Shown piece by piece: positions 1-12,888 of a stretch of DNA of 64,000 nt (position 1 is its first letter; every line of letters begins with the position of its first letter). Below the pieces are notes generated by a model. That model had not been told where the DNA came from, ran no database searches, and saw only the letters and a program-made list of their open reading frames with translations. The position numbers were made by a program, and so were the translations under genes. The stretch comes from an uncultured bacterium (GTDB lineage Bacteria; Oederibacteriota; Oederibacteriia; Oederibacteriales; Oederibacteriaceae). The stretch covers positions 768,001 through 832,000 of the forward strand of contig OZ218778.1 in assembly GCA_965112635.1 (NCBI GenBank). The letters are read 5' to 3'.

Positions 1-33
1 ACCCCGGGTTCGAAGTAAACACTGCTAGGAAAT

Positions 34-69
34 AAAAAAAGGGGGTTCTGCTTAACGCAGAACCCCCTT
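34..69 (-). terminator. Rho-independent terminator after gyrA
   Basis: 13-bp perfect stem AAGGGGGTTCTGC/GCAGAACCCCCTT (39-51, 57-69), 5-nt loop, followed on the minus strand by a U-tract. Confidence 0.85.
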
Positions 70-82
70 GTGTTTTCCCAAC

Positions 83-2545
83 CTATTCGGCCTTTTCGGC
101 CCCTTCTTCTTCCTCGTCCTTGACCGCGATACGGGCCACGGCCACCACGCTGTCTTTCTCGCCCAGCCGGATGAGCCTCACACCCTGCGTGTTGCGGCCC
201 TGGGTGCGGATGTCTTTGACCTTCATCCTGAGCATGATCCCCTGCGCGGTGATGACCATCAGCTCGTCCTCGTCGCTGACCTCTTTGGCGTCAACCACTT
301 TGCCGGTCTTTTCCTTGACCTTGAGGTTGATCATGCCCTTGCCGCCCCGGTTTTGGATGCGGTAATCCGAAACGCTGGTGCGCTTGCCGTAGCCGTTCTC
401 CGTCACCGTCAGGAAAGTCCCCTTGTTGCCGTGGATGACGGCCATGCCGATGACCTCGTCGTCCTTGGACAGCTTGATGCCCCGGACGCCCTTGGCGGCG
501 CGTCCCATCTCCCTGACCTTGGTCTCCTTCATGCGGATCCCCTTGCCGATGCGGGTGGCCAGCGCGATGTCTTCCTTGCCGTTGGTCATTTCTACGCCGA
601 TCACTTCGTCGTTCTTCTGGAGTTTGAGGCCCAGGATCCCGCCGGCGCGCTGGTGGCTGTAGGCCACGAGGGCCGTCTTTTTGAGCATCCCCTTGCGGGT
701 CGCCATGAGCATGAACTGTTTCTCAAAGCTTTTGACGGTCATGGCCGCCGCGACGGTGTCGCCCTCCTTGAGCCGGATCATCCCGCCGATGGCCTTGCCC
801 TTGGCCTGGCGGCCGGCCTCCGGGACCTCGTAGACCTTGACCTGGTGGACGTAACCCTGCCGGGTGAAGAACAGGATGAAGTCGTGCGTGGTGGCCGTGA
901 ACAGCTGCTCGACAAAATCCTCTTCTTTGGTGCCCATGGCGGCCACGCCCCGGCCTCCGCGACGCTGGGCTCGGTAGGTCGAGACCGGGAGCCGCTTGAT
1001 GTATCCCTGGTGGGAAATGGTCACGACCACGTCCTCCTCGGCGATCAGGTCCTCGATCTCCAGGTTCTCCGCCTTGCCGATGATCTCCGTCCGCCTGGGG
1101 TCCGCGTACTTTTGTTTCATCTCCAGCAGCTCTTCTTTGATCAGGTTGAGGATCTTGCGGCGGCTGGCCAAAATGCCTTTGAGGGTCTCGATGGTCTTGA
1201 TCAGCTGCAGGTATTCTTCATCTATCTTCTGTCTTTCCAGGGAGGTGAGCTGCTGGAGCCTCATGTCCAGGATGGCCTGGGCCTGCTCCGGGGACAGCTT
1301 GAAGAATTTGACGAGCGATTTTTTGGCCTCGTCCACGGAAGCGGAACCCCGGATGACCTTGATGATGCGGTCCAGGTTGCTCAGGGCGATCTTGAGGCCT
1401 TCCAGAATATGGGCCCTTTTCTCCGCCTTATTTAGGTCAAATTGGGTCCTGCGGACGATCACATCCTCGCGGTGTTTGATGTAGAAATAAAGCATGCCCT
1501 TAAGGTTGAGGATGCGGGGTTGGCCGTCCACCAGCGCCAGAAGCGTTACGCCGAAGGTTTCCCGCAGCTGGGTATGCTTGAAAAGCTGGTTTAAAATGAC
1601 CTCCGCGTTCTCGTGCTTGCCGATCTCGATCACGACGCGCATGCCCTCGCGGTCGGACTCATCGCGGATATCGCTGATCCCTTCTATCTTTTTATTCTGC
1701 ACCAGGTCCGCGATGGTCTCGATGAGCTGGGCCTTGTTGACCTGGTAGGGGATCTCGGTGATGAGGATGCGTTTGCGCCCTTTTTTGTCCTCCTCGGTCT
1801 TGGCCTTGCCCTGCATCTGGATCATCCCGCGTCCGGTCTGGTAGGCGGAACGGATCCCGTCCTTGCCCAGAATATAGGCGCCGGTCGGGAAATCCGGGCC
1901 TTTGATGTATTTCATCAGCTCTTCGACTTTGATCTCGGGGTTGTCCAACATGGCCACCAGGCCGTCCACGACCTCGCCCAGATTATGGGGCGGGATGTTG
2001 GTCGCCATGCCTACCGCGATGCCGGCGGAACCGTTGATGAGCAGGTTGGGGATCTTGGAGGGAAGGACCAGGGGCTCTTCCCTGCTTTCGTCGTAGTTGG
2101 GGCCGAAGGCGACGGTCTCTTTCTCGATATCGGCCAGGAGTTCGGAAGCGATGGGGTCGAGCCGGATCTCCGTGTAACGCATGGCGGCCGCCGAATCGCC
2201 GTCAATGGACCCGAAATTGCCCTGGCCGTCCACCAGCGGGTACCGGCTGGCGAAATCCTGGGCCATGCGCACGATGGTGTCGTAGACCGCCACATCGCCG
2301 TGGGGATGGTAGTTGCCCAGCACTTCACCGACGATCTTGGCCGATTTCCGATAGGGCTTGTTGTGCAGGACGCCCATCTCGTTCATGGCGAACAGGATGC
2401 GGCGGTGCACCGGCTTTAACCCGTCCCGGACATCCGGCAGGGCCCGGCCCACGATGACGCTCATCGCGTAATCCAGGTAGGAGCCCCGCATCTCGGACTC
2501 TATGTCGACCGCTTGGTACTTTTCCTTGACGGCCTCAGCTGGCAC
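83..2545 (-). CDS. gyrA: DNA gyrase subunit A (start may extend to ATC at 2668)
   Basis: [41 protein letters not shown] active site, GyrA-box QRRGGRG, C-terminal pinwheel repeats. Confidence 0.98.
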   Translation of the reverse strand: MPAEAVKEKYQAVDIESEMRGSYLDYAMSVIVGRALPDVRDGLKPVHRRILFAMNEMGVLHNKPYRKSAKIVGEVLGNYHPHGDVAVYDTIVRMAQDFASRYPLVDGQGNFGSIDGDSAAAMRYTEIRLDPIASELLADIEKETVAFGPNYDESREEPLVLPSKIPNLLINGSAGIAVGMATNIPPHNLGEVVDGLVAMLDNPEIKVEELMKYIKGPDFPTGAYILGKDGIRSAYQTGRGMIQMQGKAKTEEDKKGRKRILITEIPYQVNKAQLIETIADLVQNKKIEGISDIRDESDREGMRVVIEIGKHENAEVILNQLFKHTQLRETFGVTLLALVDGQPRILNLKGMLYFYIKHREDVIVRRTQFDLNKAEKRAHILEGLKIALSNLDRIIKVIRGSASVDEAKKSLVKFFKLSPEQAQAILDMRLQQLTSLERQKIDEEYLQLIKTIETLKGILASRRKILNLIKEELLEMKQKYADPRRTEIIGKAENLEIEDLIAEEDVVVTISHQGYIKRLPVSTYRAQRRGGRGVAAMGTKEEDFVEQLFTATTHDFILFFTRQGYVHQVKVYEVPEAGRQAKGKAIGGMIRLKEGDTVAAAMTVKSFEKQFMLMATRKGMLKKTALVAYSHQRAGGILGLKLQKNDEVIGVEMTNGKEDIALATRIGKGIRMKETKVREMGRAAKGVRGIKLSKDDEVIGMAVIHGNKGTFLTVTENGYGKRTSVSDYRIQNRGGKGMINLKVKEKTGKVVDAKEVSDEDELMVITAQGIMLRMKVKDIRTQGRNTQGVRLIRLGEKDSVVAVARIAVKDEEEEGAEKAE

Positions 2546-2698
2546 GCCGGGCTGGGCCGCCGGGTGCGGGACTGTCTGCGGAGCCGCCGGGGCGGGCCCT
2601 GCGGCGGGCTTGGCCGCTTCTTTCTTTTCCTTTTTCTCTTTTTTTTCTTTTTTCCTGCGCGGGCTGATGGTGCCTCCTAAAAATTATTTCGCTTATCT

Positions 2699-5548
<2,850 letters not shown>

Positions 5549-5552
<4 letters not shown>

Positions 5553-6709
5553 CGGGCCACCGTTTCCGACCGCCGGGCTTTGCCGTTCTCGATACGCCAA
5601 ACCACGGGGCGTTCCGTCCCCTGGCCCGGTCCAAAAAATACAAAATCGTTGGACGGGGCGCCCGTGGTGCTGATAAAGGTCTGGCTGCCCGCTTTCATCA
5701 GGTCCACCAGGGCCTTTTGCCTCTGCCCGTCCAGTTCCGACAGCACGTCGTCCAAAAGAAGGAGCGGCGCCTCGCGGCGCTGTTTCTCCAGCAACACCCA
5801 CTCCGCCAGTTTAAACGCCAGCACCGCACAGCGATGCTGTCCCCGGGAACCGAAATTCTTGAGCGGCTTCTGGCTCAGCCAAAAGCTGATATTGTCCCGG
5901 TGCGGCCCCAGGGAAGTCTGCCCGCGCCGGATATCCTGGTCCCTCATGTCCTTGAGGCCGGCCTCGAAGACCGCCTTGTCCCCTTTGAGGGACGGCCAGG
6001 AGCGGTCCAGGCGTTCCCACGACCGCTCGTACTTTAGCTCCAGATCCTCGTGCTCCGCGCCGCCCGAGAGCTTGCGGTAAAACTCCCGGCACAGGGGGTT
6101 CAGGGTCTCGAGCAGTCCGGCCCTGTCTTTCATAAGAGCGCAGCCTTTGTCCACCAGCAGGGCGTCCCACGGATCCAGCAGGGACGGCACGGCCCCGGTC
6201 CGCGTTATTTCATCCAGCAGTTTCTGGCGCTGGCTCAGGACCCCCTGGTACTCCTGCCACTGAGCCTTGTATTCCGCGGAGAGCTGGAATAAAAGGTTGT
6301 CCACCATCCCCCGCCGGACGCTGCTGGACCCCGCGGGAGAGGCAACATCGTCGGGCGTGAACACCACCAAAGCCAAAACCTCTTCGATGGGATTCTCCCT
6401 CGAAACCTTTTTGCCGTTTAAAAGAACTTTTTTCCGAGACTCCGTGTTAAAAACGATCTCGACCCGCTGGTCCTGCCCGCCGGAGGCCAGTTGCCCTGCG
6501 ACCCGGCTCTCGGTCTTCCCAAAGAGCACATACTCTTCGTCCCTGGAGACCCTAAATGATTTTCTGCCGGACAACAATGACAAGGCTTCCAGGAGGTTGC
6601 TTTTACCTTGGCCGTTAGGCCCCGAAAAAACGTGCAGAGAAGCGTCTAAATCCAAGCTGAGGTTTTCGAAATTTCTAAAACAATAAAGATCCAAAGCTTT
6701 TACGCGCAA
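5549..6709 (-). CDS. recF: DNA replication and repair protein RecF
   Basis: FRNF, Walker A GPNGQGKSN, GPHRD, GSRGQ, LLLLDDVLSELD. Confidence 0.96.
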
Positions 6710-6743
6710 GCCGCCCCGCCCTCGCCGTCCGTCACAACCTTCC

Positions 6744-7841
6744 TCATATCCTCATGGGCATGATGACGCACAGGTAACTGTTGTCCCCTTCCGGCCGGAT
6801 GATCGCGGGATTGAGCGCCTCGGAGAGCTCGAGCATTGTCTCCGGCTGTTTGACCACCTTCAAGACGTCCTGGATAAAGCGTCCGTTGTAAGCGGCCACG
6901 ATCGGGTCGCCGTCATAGTTCACCTTGATCTCTTCTTTGGCCTCTCCCAGCTCCGGAGCGGACGCCGTGATCACGAGCTGCCCTTTTTGCGCCTCGAGCT
7001 TAATCGACGCAGATTTCTCAACGGAGAACACCGAGACCCTTCTGACGGCCTTGAGGAGGTCGTCGGTCTTGGCCCTGATCTTTTTGTCCGATTTTTTAGG
7101 GATGACCTGCTCGTAGTTCGGGAACTGCCCCTCGATAAGCCGCGAGGTCAGGAACAGGTTGTCCACCACAAAGATGATCTGATTCTCCAGGATGTTCAGC
7201 TTGACGTCGCCTTCGTCTTTTAACGCTTTGTTCAGCTCGTTGAGGGCCTTGCTGGGGATGATAACACCCTTTTTATCTTTGTAGGGCTTTTCCAGCTGGC
7301 GTTCGACGACGGCCAGCCTGTAGCCGTCCGTGGCCACCAGTGAGATCTTTTTACCGTCGATCATCAGATAGGCACCGTTCAAGACGTAACGGGTGGCATC
7401 CGCGGAAATCGCGAAAAAGATTAAAGAAATCATATCTTTGAACACTTTTTGAGGGATGGAAAAGCTGATTTCCTCTTTAAATTCGGGCAAAATCGGGAAA
7501 TCATCTATAGGAAGTCCGAAAAGGCGGACCTTTCCATTTTCATACTTTATGGTCATCTGGTAGTTGTCGTTAACCTCAATCTCTAACTCTTTTAAAGGTA
7601 GTTCTCTGACTATTTCATTCAATTTTTTGGCTGGGACCGTAATACTGCCTTTTTGCAGCACTTGTGCCGGCATAAAACACCGCAACCCTACCTCCAAATC
7701 GTTGCCGACCAGTTTTATAGTGTCTTTCTCGGTCTCGATTAATACATTTTCTAAGATAGGCAGGGTGTTCTTGGTAGCGACGACGCTTTGGACGATTTGA
7801 ATGGTCCTGAGCAGCTCTTCCTGGTTGCAGGAAAATTTCAT
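6744..7841 (-). CDS. dnaN: DNA polymerase III beta sliding clamp
   Basis: LPILENVL, VATDGYRL, RLIEGQFPNY, C-terminal VIMPMRI; SD GAGGAGG. Confidence 0.97.
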   Translation of the reverse strand: MKFSCNQEELLRTIQIVQSVVATKNTLPILENVLIETEKDTIKLVGNDLEVGLRCFMPAQVLQKGSITVPAKKLNEIVRELPLKELEIEVNDNYQMTIKYENGKVRLFGLPIDDFPILPEFKEEISFSIPQKVFKDMISLIFFAISADATRYVLNGAYLMIDGKKISLVATDGYRLAVVERQLEKPYKDKKGVIIPSKALNELNKALKDEGDVKLNILENQIIFVVDNLFLTSRLIEGQFPNYEQVIPKKSDKKIRAKTDDLLKAVRRVSVFSVEKSASIKLEAQKGQLVITASAPELGEAKEEIKVNYDGDPIVAAYNGRFIQDVLKVVKQPETMLELSEALNPAIIRPEGDNSYLCVIMPMRI

Positions 7842-8080
7842 TTATTCCTCCTCTTAAATATTAGTACCTTATATAAATAGTTTTCGTATTAGTAAGCATA
7901 GCGATAATGTGTATAATACCATTTTTTTTTATATAGTCAGGTGTTTGGAAAAATAAATTGTGCATAGATCTGTTGAAAAAGTTTTAAAAAGGCTGTGTGA
8001 AAACAAGAGCGGAAAATTAAATAGGTTTTCAACAGAGTTATTAGAAGGGTTGGAAAGGTGCGGATGAACAAAAAAGGCAG
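7842..8080. other. Probable replication origin (oriC) between dnaA and dnaN
   Basis: Very AT-rich intergenic; DnaA box TTATACACA (7908-7916, minus) next to a degenerate box and trio-like TACTAATACGAAAACTAT toward dnaN; further degenerate boxes near 7959, 7971 and 8026. Confidence 0.8.
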
Positions 8081-9502
8081 TTAGCGATTTGCCCCGAGAC
8101 TTTTGGTGAGATTTTGCATGAGTTGGTTGAAAGAAGGGTCGGCCTCGATCTTTTTCATGACTTGTTTGATCGCGTACATGACCGTGGTGTGGTCCCGACC
8201 ACCGAAATAGGAGCCTGTGTCCGGTAAAGACAAGTTGGTGAGTTCCCGGACCAGGTACATAGCTATTTGGCGGGGCAAGACCACGTGCGAAGTCCGCCTG
8301 TTGTTTTCGAGTTCTCCCGGAGCCAGACTGAAATGGGAGCTGACGGCCTTTTTGATGTCATCGACGGACACTGATTTTTGTTCAGGCGGGACCATGTCTT
8401 TGAGAGCAGCCTCTGCCAGGGGCAGGGAAAGCTCTTTTTTAAGCAGGTCGGACATGGCCACGATTCTGTTGAGAGACCCTTCCAGCAGGCGCACATTATG
8501 CTTGAATTTAGAGGCGATATAGATGTAAACCTCTTCAGGAACCGTCAAATAATAGTATTCCCTCTGGGCGATCTTTTTGAGGATGGCCAGGCGCGTTTCA
8601 TAGTCCGGAGGCTGGATATCCGCGGAAAGGCCCATGGAAAAACGGGATTGCAGCCTCTCGGCGATCTTGATCTCCCTGACCGGGCGGTCGGCGGTGCAGA
8701 CGATCTGCCGGTGGGAGTCAAAAAGGGTGTTAAAAGTGTGGAAAAGCTCTTCCTGCAGGCCCTCTTTGTTCTCCAGGAACTGGATGTCGTCGATGAGCAG
8801 GATGTCCGTCTTGCGGAACTTTTCACGGAAATTTTCCATCCGGTTGAAGCGGATGCCGTTGACGTATTCATTTAAAAATTGTTCCGTGGTGATGTAGTTG
8901 ATGCGCGCAGAGCTGTTTTGTTCCTGCATCCTCCTCACGATGGCATGGAGCAGATGGGTCTTGCCCAGCCCGACCCCTCCATAGATGACCAGCGGGTTGT
9001 AGGATTTGGCCGGCGATTCCGCGACCGCCAGGCAGGCGGCGTGGGCATAGCGGTTGCTGTCGCCCACGACGAAATTCTCAAAAGTATACTTTGGATTAGG
9101 CTTAAACGCCGATCCCTCTTTGTCTTTGGACGATCTGAGCTGTATCTCTTTGTCGCCGAGGGATATTTTGGAGGGCCTGACGGCCGGGAAAAAAGAATCC
9201 ATCTGCTTCTTCTGTTCTTCGTAGGAGAGCGAAATCACCAGAGAAAGCTCTATGGCGGGATATCCGGCGCGGAGGAGCTCTGCTTTGATGAGGGGCGCGT
9301 AAACTTTGGCGATCCTGTTCTTGAAATACAGGTTGGGGACCTGGAGCGTCATGGTGTTGTTCTCGATTTGGATGAGCTCCAGCGGTTTGAACCAGCTCTC
9401 AAAGACCCTGGGTTCAACCCGTGGTTGGACGGAGTCCAAAATTTTATTCCACAAAGCTTGCGGTGTGATTGTCAGATTGTTGGTGGCCATAATTTCCGTC
9501 AT
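8081..9502 (-). CDS. dnaA: Chromosomal replication initiator DnaA
   Basis: YTFENFVVG, YNPL.IYGGVGLGKTHL, LLIDDIQF, RQIAMYL, FGGRDHTTV. Confidence 0.98.
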   Translation of the reverse strand: MTEIMATNNLTITPQALWNKILDSVQPRVEPRVFESWFKPLELIQIENNTMTLQVPNLYFKNRIAKVYAPLIKAELLRAGYPAIELSLVISLSYEEQKKQMDSFFPAVRPSKISLGDKEIQLRSSKDKEGSAFKPNPKYTFENFVVGDSNRYAHAACLAVAESPAKSYNPLVIYGGVGLGKTHLLHAIVRRMQEQNSSARINYITTEQFLNEYVNGIRFNRMENFREKFRKTDILLIDDIQFLENKEGLQEELFHTFNTLFDSHRQIVCTADRPVREIKIAERLQSRFSMGLSADIQPPDYETRLAILKKIAQREYYYLTVPEEVYIYIASKFKHNVRLLEGSLNRIVAMSDLLKKELSLPLAEAALKDMVPPEQKSVSVDDIKKAVSSHFSLAPGELENNRRTSHVVLPRQIAMYLVRELTNLSLPDTGSYFGGRDHTTVMYAIKQVMKKIEADPSFNQLMQNLTKSLGANR

Positions 9503-9648
9503 AAAAAAGCTTGAAATTAAAAGAGATATTTAACGACACCCTGACCTAGTCTTTAAAACGCTTTTGATTTCAGATCAGGCGTTATTGCTGAAAAAAAAGC
9601 ACATTAAAAAAATATTTTGTCTTAAAATAGCTTCGAAGGTAATCGCAG

Positions 9649-9676
9649 AGTATAGCACTCTCGGTTGGCAATGCAA
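9649..9676 (-). promoter_or_regulatory. Putative sigma70 promoter of dnaA
   Basis: TTGCAT-16nt-TATACT with TG extension. Confidence 0.55.
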
Positions 9677-9728
9677 CCTATTTGGAAGAAAAGCTGGAAA
9701 ATAGTTATCATGGTCCGCGCGCTTTTAA

Positions 9729-9758
9729 TTGACCAAACGCGAACGAGTAAGTTAAGAT
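9729..9758 (+). promoter_or_regulatory. Putative sigma70 promoter of the rpmH operon
   Basis: TTGACC-18nt-TAAGAT upstream of the rpmH SD. Confidence 0.5.
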
Positions 9759-9814
9759 TTTAGACCTTGAAGGATTTATAAACAACTCCAAGGCAAGACA
9801 GAAGGAGATCGAAC

Positions 9815-9949
9815 ATGAAAAGGACCTATCAGCCTAATGTAAGACACCGCAAAAAAGTTCACGGTTTTAGGAAGCGCATGAGCTCTACCGGAGGACAGCG
9901 GGTGCTTCGCTCAAGAAGGCGCAAGGGGAGGAAGCGGCTGTCCGCGTAA
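9815..9949 (+). CDS. rpmH: 50S ribosomal protein L34 (absent from the ORF track)
   Basis: Manual translation [44 protein letters not shown]; SD GAAGGAG; canonical position. Confidence 0.97.
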   Translation: MKRTYQPNVRHRKKVHGFRKRMSSTGGQRVLRSRRRKGRKRLSA

Positions 9950-9967
9950 CGGCGGAGCTGGAATAAT

Positions 9968-10324
9968 TTGCCGAAGACAAACAAGACCTTCCGGGCTGTG
10001 GAGCCGCCTCAAAGCTCAGCGGAGTTCCTGAGGATTATCAAACAGGGGAAGAAGACCGGCTCTCCATATTATTCCCTCTATGTTCTGCTCCCCCAGGAAG
10101 ACCTCCGGGTCGGCCTTTCCATCGGCAGGTTGGTCGGCATTGCCGTGGTCAGGAACAGGCTCAAACGAGTTTTGCGGGAAGCGTACCGCTTGAACCAAAA
10201 GCGCATGAAGACCGGTTGGTATTTGGTCGTGGTCAAAAAACCTGCCGCACAGCTTTCCTCGCGAGATTTATTATCGAACCTCTACTCACTCTGGGACCAG
10301 GCGGGCATTCTGGAAAAGTCATAA
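9968..10324 (+). CDS. rnpA: Ribonuclease P protein component
   Basis: RVGLSIGRLVGIAVVRNRLKRVLREAYR (RNR motif); follows rpmH. Confidence 0.93.
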   Translation: MPKTNKTFRAVEPPQSSAEFLRIIKQGKKTGSPYYSLYVLLPQEDLRVGLSIGRLVGIAVVRNRLKRVLREAYRLNQKRMKTGWYLVVVKKPAAQLSSRDLLSNLYSLWDQAGILEKS

Positions 10325-10373
10325 CGCGCGATAAGGGTTTTTTTTAAAACTTAATATATATTAAGGAAGCTCG

Positions 10374-10625
10374 ATGAAATTTATTCTGAGACTCATGATC
10401 AGAGGTTATCAGCGCCACCTCTCCCCTTTCCTGGCTCCGGCCTGCCGCTTCACCCCAACCTGCTCGTGTTACGCGGACGAGGCTTTGGAAAAGTTCGGCG
10501 TTTTTAAAGGCGGCGTTCTGGCGCTCAGGCGGATCCTGCGCTGCCATCCTTTTTGCGCGGGCGGCGTGGACCCGGTACCGGCCACGGGACAGAAAAGAGT
10601 TTTGAAAAAAGCGGAAGCGAGGTAA
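10374..10625 (+). CDS. yidD: Membrane protein insertion efficiency factor YidD
   Basis: [19 protein letters not shown]...GG.DPVP. Confidence 0.95.
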   Translation: MKFILRLMIRGYQRHLSPFLAPACRFTPTCSCYADEALEKFGVFKGGVLALRRILRCHPFCAGGVDPVPATGQKRVLKKAEAR

Positions 10626-12218
10626 ATGATGGAAAAACGGATTGTGATTTTCGTGGTATTCGCCTTTTTAGTGCTGATGTGGTCCTCGATGAGCCGGCAG
10701 ACCGCGCCGGTCAGACGGCCCGGAGCAACCTCCCCTCAAGCGGTCCAGCCCACGGTCACAGCCGTTCCGGCGGCGGCAGCCCTGAACACTCCCGGCCCCA
10801 AGACAGCAGAAAAGACCATGGAGTTCGAGGCCGAGCCCTTTACCGCCACCATCGCCACGCGGAGCGGCGTCCTGCAAAAGTTCATCCTTAAGAAGTATTT
10901 AGCCGACAAAAATCCCATTGACCTCTGCCCTGATAGCAGTGCCGCCAACGGCCTGGCCTGCGCCAATCTGGCCCTAAGGTCAGATTCGCTGGCTGCCCCC
11001 CTGGATTTCACGGTCGAACAGTCGTCTCCCCAGCAGCTGGTCTTGAAAGCCAAGACAGGCATCAAATCCCTGTGGGTCAGGAAAACGTTTGCCTTTGACA
11101 ACAAGGATTATTTGTTCAGCTACAAGATCTCTTTCCAAAACACCAGCCAGCAGGCCGTGGATGTGCCTTCTTTTTATGTCGACCTGGGGCCGGGCATCGG
11201 GACCTTTAAAAACGAGAACAATTTGATCACCGCCGTGACCAAAATAGGCGACAGCGTGAACCGTTCGGTCTGGGGCACCAGCTTTTTGATGGGCGCGGGC
11301 AGGTTCCTCGGCCTGGTCACCGGGCCGGAGCCGACCTTTAAAGAGACCCGGATGGACGGCAAAGTCGCCTTGGCGGCCTTAAAAAGCAGGTATTTCGGCC
11401 TAGCGCTTATCCCGGATTTTTTCACCACCGGCGCGCTTATCGTAACGCGGCCGGGCAACGCTACGCAGGTCTCGGTCGGGCTTCCTCCTTTTAAACTGCC
11501 GGCCAGAGGCGTCCAGGAGTTCTCCTTCCAGGTCTTTGGCGGGCCCCTGGGGTATTCCCATCTCAAATCCCTGCATCTTTCCCTGGAAAACATGGTGGAC
11601 CTGGGCTATTTCAGCTCCATCGCGGTGATCATGCTCTACACCCTGGAGTTCTTCAACCACATCACCCACAATTACGGCCTGGCCATCATCCTCCTGACCA
11701 TTTTGGTCAAGTTCATCCTGTGGTGGCCGACGCAGAAAAGTTTTGAGTCGATGCGGAAGATGCAAAGGCTCCAGCCCCAGATCAACGCCCTCAAGGCCAA
11801 ATACAAGGACGACTCCACAAAACTGAACGCGGAGACCATGAAACTTTTCAAGGAACAAAAAGTCAATCCCATGGGAGGATGCCTGCCCATGCTCATCCAG
11901 ATGCCGGTCTTTTTCGCCCTGTACCTGACCCTGTCCAGTTCCATCCAGCTGAGAGGCGCGCCCTTCTGCCTTTGGATCCAGGACCTGTCCGTCAAAGACC
12001 CATATTTCGTCCTGCCCATCCTGATGGGGGTGACCATGCTCCTGCAACAGTGGATGTCCTCGCCGGACCCGGCGCAGTTCAAGAGCACGCTGTGGCTTCC
12101 CCTGATCTTCATGGCGACCTTTTTCTGGCTGCCCTCGGGGGTCCTGCTCTACTGGGTGGTGCAGAATATCCTGTCCGTGGGACAGCAGGCGCTTATCAAT
12201 AGAAAACAAACTGTATAA
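10626..12218 (+). CDS. yidC: Membrane protein insertase YidC with periplasmic domain
   Basis: NYGLAIILLT, NPMGGCLPMLIQMPVF, WIQDLS..DPYFVLPILM. Confidence 0.96.
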   Translation: MMEKRIVIFVVFAFLVLMWSSMSRQTAPVRRPGATSPQAVQPTVTAVPAAAALNTPGPKTAEKTMEFEAEPFTATIATRSGVLQKFILKKYLADKNPIDLCPDSSAANGLACANLALRSDSLAAPLDFTVEQSSPQQLVLKAKTGIKSLWVRKTFAFDNKDYLFSYKISFQNTSQQAVDVPSFYVDLGPGIGTFKNENNLITAVTKIGDSVNRSVWGTSFLMGAGRFLGLVTGPEPTFKETRMDGKVALAALKSRYFGLALIPDFFTTGALIVTRPGNATQVSVGLPPFKLPARGVQEFSFQVFGGPLGYSHLKSLHLSLENMVDLGYFSSIAVIMLYTLEFFNHITHNYGLAIILLTILVKFILWWPTQKSFESMRKMQRLQPQINALKAKYKDDSTKLNAETMKLFKEQKVNPMGGCLPMLIQMPVFFALYLTLSSSIQLRGAPFCLWIQDLSVKDPYFVLPILMGVTMLLQQWMSSPDPAQFKSTLWLPLIFMATFFWLPSGVLLYWVVQNILSVGQQALINRKQTV

Positions 12219-12231
12219 GGAGGAGAGCCCG

Positions 12232-12879
12232 ATGAGATCCGTGGAGAAAGAAGGCAAGACCGTGGAAGAGGCCGTAGAGCTGGCGTTGCAGGAGCTCGGG
12301 GCTACAAAAGAGGAAGTGGTCGTGGAGATCGTGGAAGAAGGCAGCAAGGGGCTGTTCGGCCTGGTCGGCAGTAAAAAAGCCAAGGTCAAGGTCTCGGTCC
12401 AGACCGAAGGGATCAAAAAAGCGGAGGAGGTCACCAAAAAGATGCTGGACCTGATGGGGCTGACCTCGGAGGTCAAGGTCTCCATCCAGGACGACCATAT
12501 GTATGTGGAGATCGCAGGAAATTACGGCGGGCTTTTGATCGGCAAAAAAGGTGAGACTCTTTCAGCCCTGCAGTATATCGTCAGCCGCCTGGTCAACCGC
12601 GGCGAAGAGGGCAATCCCTATCGGGTGGTGGTGGACGCCGAAGGTTACCGCAAGCGCCGGGAAGCCAAACTCATAGACATGGCCAGAAAGAGCGCGGAGA
12701 TGGTCAAATCCTCGGGCCGGGAAATGCTCATCGACCCCATGCCCGCGTTCGAGCGGCGCTTGATCCACATGCTGTTAAAGGACGACCCGGACGTCAAGAC
12801 AGAGAGCCGGGGTGAAGGCGCTTTTAGGCAGGTGGTGATCCTGCCGGCCAACCCAGGGGAAGTAAACGGGAATAAGTAG
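12232..12879 (+). CDS. jag: Jag/KhpB (EloR) RNA-binding protein
   Basis: Jag_N GKTVEEA..KGLFG, KH LIGKKGETL.ALQY, R3H ERRLIH. Confidence 0.95.
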   Translation: MRSVEKEGKTVEEAVELALQELGATKEEVVVEIVEEGSKGLFGLVGSKKAKVKVSVQTEGIKKAEEVTKKMLDLMGLTSEVKVSIQDDHMYVEIAGNYGGLLIGKKGETLSALQYIVSRLVNRGEEGNPYRVVVDAEGYRKRREAKLIDMARKSAEMVKSSGREMLIDPMPAFERRLIHMLLKDDPDVKTESRGEGAFRQVVILPANPGEVNGNK

Positions 12880-12888
12880 TTTTTCCTT

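Noticed and set aside
1-20. CCGGGTTCGAA resembling a tRNA T-arm
   Set aside because: The following bases do not close the T-stem and there is no acceptor arm or CCA
5553-5801. Extended N-termini given by the ORF track for dciA (also rbfA, DUF503, gamma-CA, pssA, mnmG, comEC)
   Set aside because: They overlap upstream genes; downstream starts match the family N-termini and SD positions
10350-10365. Perfect palindrome CTTAATATATATTAAG (and CTATATATATAG at 39725)
   Set aside because: Low-complexity AT sequence, readily produced by chance
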